Positions 61,852 through 64,000 of a DNA stretch of 64,000 bases are shown here, one piece after another. Each line of letters begins with the position of its first letter. Within the stretch, counting starts at the first letter, position 1. A program made the position numbers and the translations under genes. The stretch comes from Thermodesulfobium acidiphilum (lineage in GTDB: Bacteria; Thermodesulfobiota; Thermodesulfobiia; Thermodesulfobiales; Thermodesulfobiaceae), in contig NZ_CP020921.1 in assembly GCF_003057965.1 (NCBI RefSeq), positions 980,916 to 1,044,915 of the forward strand, in the 5' to 3' direction. The notes below the pieces were generated by a model. The model did not search any database, was not told the DNA's origin, and saw only the letters and a list, made by a program, of their open reading frames with translations.

Positions 61852-64000
61852 TATTCAACTACCAGTCCGATCTTATTATCTTCTACCACTATCTTCACGG
61901 TATCTCCTTCCTTAATCCTATTATTTAAAAGCTCCTTCGCAATAATATTTTCCAAATTTTTCTGTATATATCTTTTAAGAGGTCTAGCACCCATTGTAGG
62001 TTCATATCCCTCTTTTGCAAAAAATTTCTTTGCATCCTCTGTAAGTATTAGTTTTATTTTCTTTTCATTCAATCTTTCTTGAATATCATTTAATATCAAT
62101 TCAACAATTTTTTCAATATCAGATCTAGAAAGAGGCTTAAAAACTACAATCTCATCAATTCTATTTAAAAACTCCGGTCTAAAAGTAGAATTTAATAGCG
62201 ATAAAACTCTATTCTTTGCCTTTTCAAATTCTTTTTCATCTTCTACATTAGAATTTAATAGTATATCAGAACCAAGATTAGATGTCATTATTATAACAGT
62301 ATTCCTAAAATCAATAGTCCTACCCTTACCATCTGTTAATCTTCCATCGTCAAGAACCTGTAAAAGTATATTAAAAACATCAGGATGTGCTTTCTCTATT
62401 TCATCTAAGAGTATTACAGAATATGGCCTTCTCCTAATAACTTCTGTCAGTTGACCTCCTTCTTCATAGCCTACATAACCTGGAGGAGCACCCACTAGCC
62501 TCGACACAGAATGTTTCTCCATATATTCTGACATATCAATTCTTACAAGAGCATTTTCATCCTTGAATAAAAATGCAGCAAGAGCCTTGCTTAGCTCAGT
62601 TTTACCCACACCAGTTGGACCAAGAAAGAGAAATGATCCTACTGGCCTTCTAGGATCCTTTAGACCTGACCTTGACCTTCGTATCGCTTCAGAAACAGCA
62701 ACTACGGCCTCATCTTGACCAATAATTCTTTTATGAAGAATATTTTCCATATTAGTCAATTTGTCAACTTCTTCTTGAACAAGCTCTGTTACAGGTATGC
62801 CTGTCCATTTGGAAACCAAATTTGCAATGTCTTCCTTATCTACTACTTCGTTAACTTTTTTATCAATTAACCATTTATCTCTTTTCTCCTTAAATTTTCT
62901 TGAAAGAGCCTCAGATTCACTCTTTAACTTTGCTGCCAATTCGTAATCTTCTCTTTTTACAGCTTCCTGACCCTCTTGATATAATCTTGATAACTTATTT
63001 TCCATTTCTTTAAGTTCCGTAGGCATATTAGAAAGCTGAATTCTCACTTTAGCAGCAGCTTCATCAATCAAATCAATAGCTTTATCAGGCAAAAATCTAT
63101 CAGATATATATCTTTCAGATAAATGAGCAGCCGATTCAATTGCCTCATCTGTAATTTTTACCCTATGATGCGCCTCATATTTGTCCCTTAAACCCTTTAA
63201 AATAGAAATGGTATCATCTACGCTTGGTTCCTTTACAAAAACCGGTTGAAATCTTCTTTCAAGAGCAGGATCTTTCTCAATATATTTTTTATATTCATCT
63301 AGCGTAGTAGCACCTATTACCCTTAATTCACCTCTTGCAAGGGCAGGTTTAAGTAAATTTGATGCGTCAATGGCACCTTCTGCAGCGCCTGCTCCAACTA
63401 CAGTATGTAATTCATCAATGAACAAAATATAGTTTTGTGTTTTGGTTACAGAATCAATAATTGTTTTTAATCTTTCTTCAAATTCTCCTCTAAATTTAGT
63501 ACCTGCAATCAAAGCACCCATATCAAGCGCTAAAAGTTGTTTTCCCTTCAATATCTCAGGTACATCGTTTGAAGCTATCTTTTGAGCAATACCATCAACA
63601 ATAGCTGTCTTTCCAACACCGGGTTCACCAATTAGAACCGGGTTGTTTTTCGTTCTTCTGGAAAGAATCTGCATTACTCTCTCAATCTCTTCATCTCTAC
63701 CAATTACAGGATCTAACTTTCCCTCTAAAGCAAGTTGAGTTAAATTTCTTGTATACTTTTCAAGAGCTTGGTATTTCTCTTCTGCACCTGGATCTGTCAC
63801 TCTTTGAGTACCCCTTATATCTTTAAGAATTTGATAAACCTTTTCTTCTGTAATACCATACTCGTTCAAAAGGCGCGACGCTGGGCTCTCGCCTTCTTTT
63901 ACTATCGCAATCAAAACATGATCTACTCCAACAAATTCATCCTTTAACCTAATCGCTTCTTCCTCCGCTATATCTAAAACCTTCTTCAAAGAGGGAGTGA
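61851..64000 (-). CDS. Class I Clp/Hsp100 ATPase (ClpC/ClpB type), 5' end outside the window
   Basis: Two AAA+ modules ([16 protein letters not shown]), [13 protein letters not shown] and a short UVR-like middle domain. Confidence 0.93.
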   Translation of the reverse strand, partial: TPSLKKVLDIAEEEAIRLKDEFVGVDHVLIAIVKEGESPASRLLNEYGITEEKVYQILKDIRGTQRVTDPGAEEKYQALEKYTRNLTQLALEGKLDPVIGRDEEIERVMQILSRRTKNNPVLIGEPGVGKTAIVDGIAQKIASNDVPEILKGKQLLALDMGALIAGTKFRGEFEERLKTIIDSVTKTQNYILFIDELHTVVGAGAAEGAIDASNLLKPALARGELRVIGATTLDEYKKYIEKDPALERRFQPVFVKEPSVDDTISILKGLRDKYEAHHRVKITDEAIESAAHLSERYISDRFLPDKAIDLIDEAAAKVRIQLSNMPTELKEMENKLSRLYQEGQEAVKREDYELAAKLKSESEALSRKFKEKRDKWLIDKKVNEVVDKEDIANLVSKWTGIPVTELVQEEVDKLTNMENILHKRIIGQDEAVVAVSEAIRRSRSGLKDPRRPVGSFLFLGPTGVGKTELSKALAAFLFKDENALVRIDMSEYMEKHSVSRLVGAPPGYVGYEEGGQLTEVIRRRPYSVILLDEIEKAHPDVFNILLQVLDDGRLTDGKGRTIDFRNTVIIMTSNLGSDILLNSNVEDEKEFEKAKNRVLSLLNSTFRPEFLNRIDEIVVFKPLSRSDIEKIVELILNDIQERLNEKKIKLILTEDAKKFFAKEGYEPTMGARPLKRYIQKNLENIIAKELLNNRIKEGDTVKIVVEDNKIGLVVE

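Overview
Low-GC bacterial chromosome segment from an anaerobe with an outer membrane (TolC-type protein, Tat substrates). Gene style suggests a Thermodesulfobium-like lineage, which is inference only. 1-18 kb is accessory: a decaying exopolysaccharide synthase operon (c-di-GMP-receptor-like protein, GT2 synthase, TolC-glycoside hydrolase fusion, HlyD), a kdpABC operon with a kinase-less kdpD, a phosphoesterase and an MFS exporter. 18.1-30.5 kb is a co-oriented minus-strand hydrogen-metabolism cluster behind a sigma70 promoter and a structured leader with a tandem repeat. It encodes an MvhD/NuoF-FeS fusion, a cytoplasmic [FeFe]-hydrogenase, a periplasmic Tat [FeFe]-hydrogenase with cytochrome b, and aspA-hydF-hydE-like maturation genes without hydG, followed directly by a three-gene nitrogenase-like (NflH/D/K) module. 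This cluster is the best candidate for an undescribed system. Remnants of a CRISPR-Cas locus (cas6 and cas10/csx11-like fragments) follow, then tauE, csp, a c-di-GMP phosphodiesterase and RNase P RNA. The rest is a long housekeeping block (lspA, ahcY, ileS, mtnA, uvrB, tuf, four tRNAs, glmS, glnA, pdxJ, coaBC, rpoZ, gmk, Clp ATPase). All calls come from motif recognition by eye; no searches were run.
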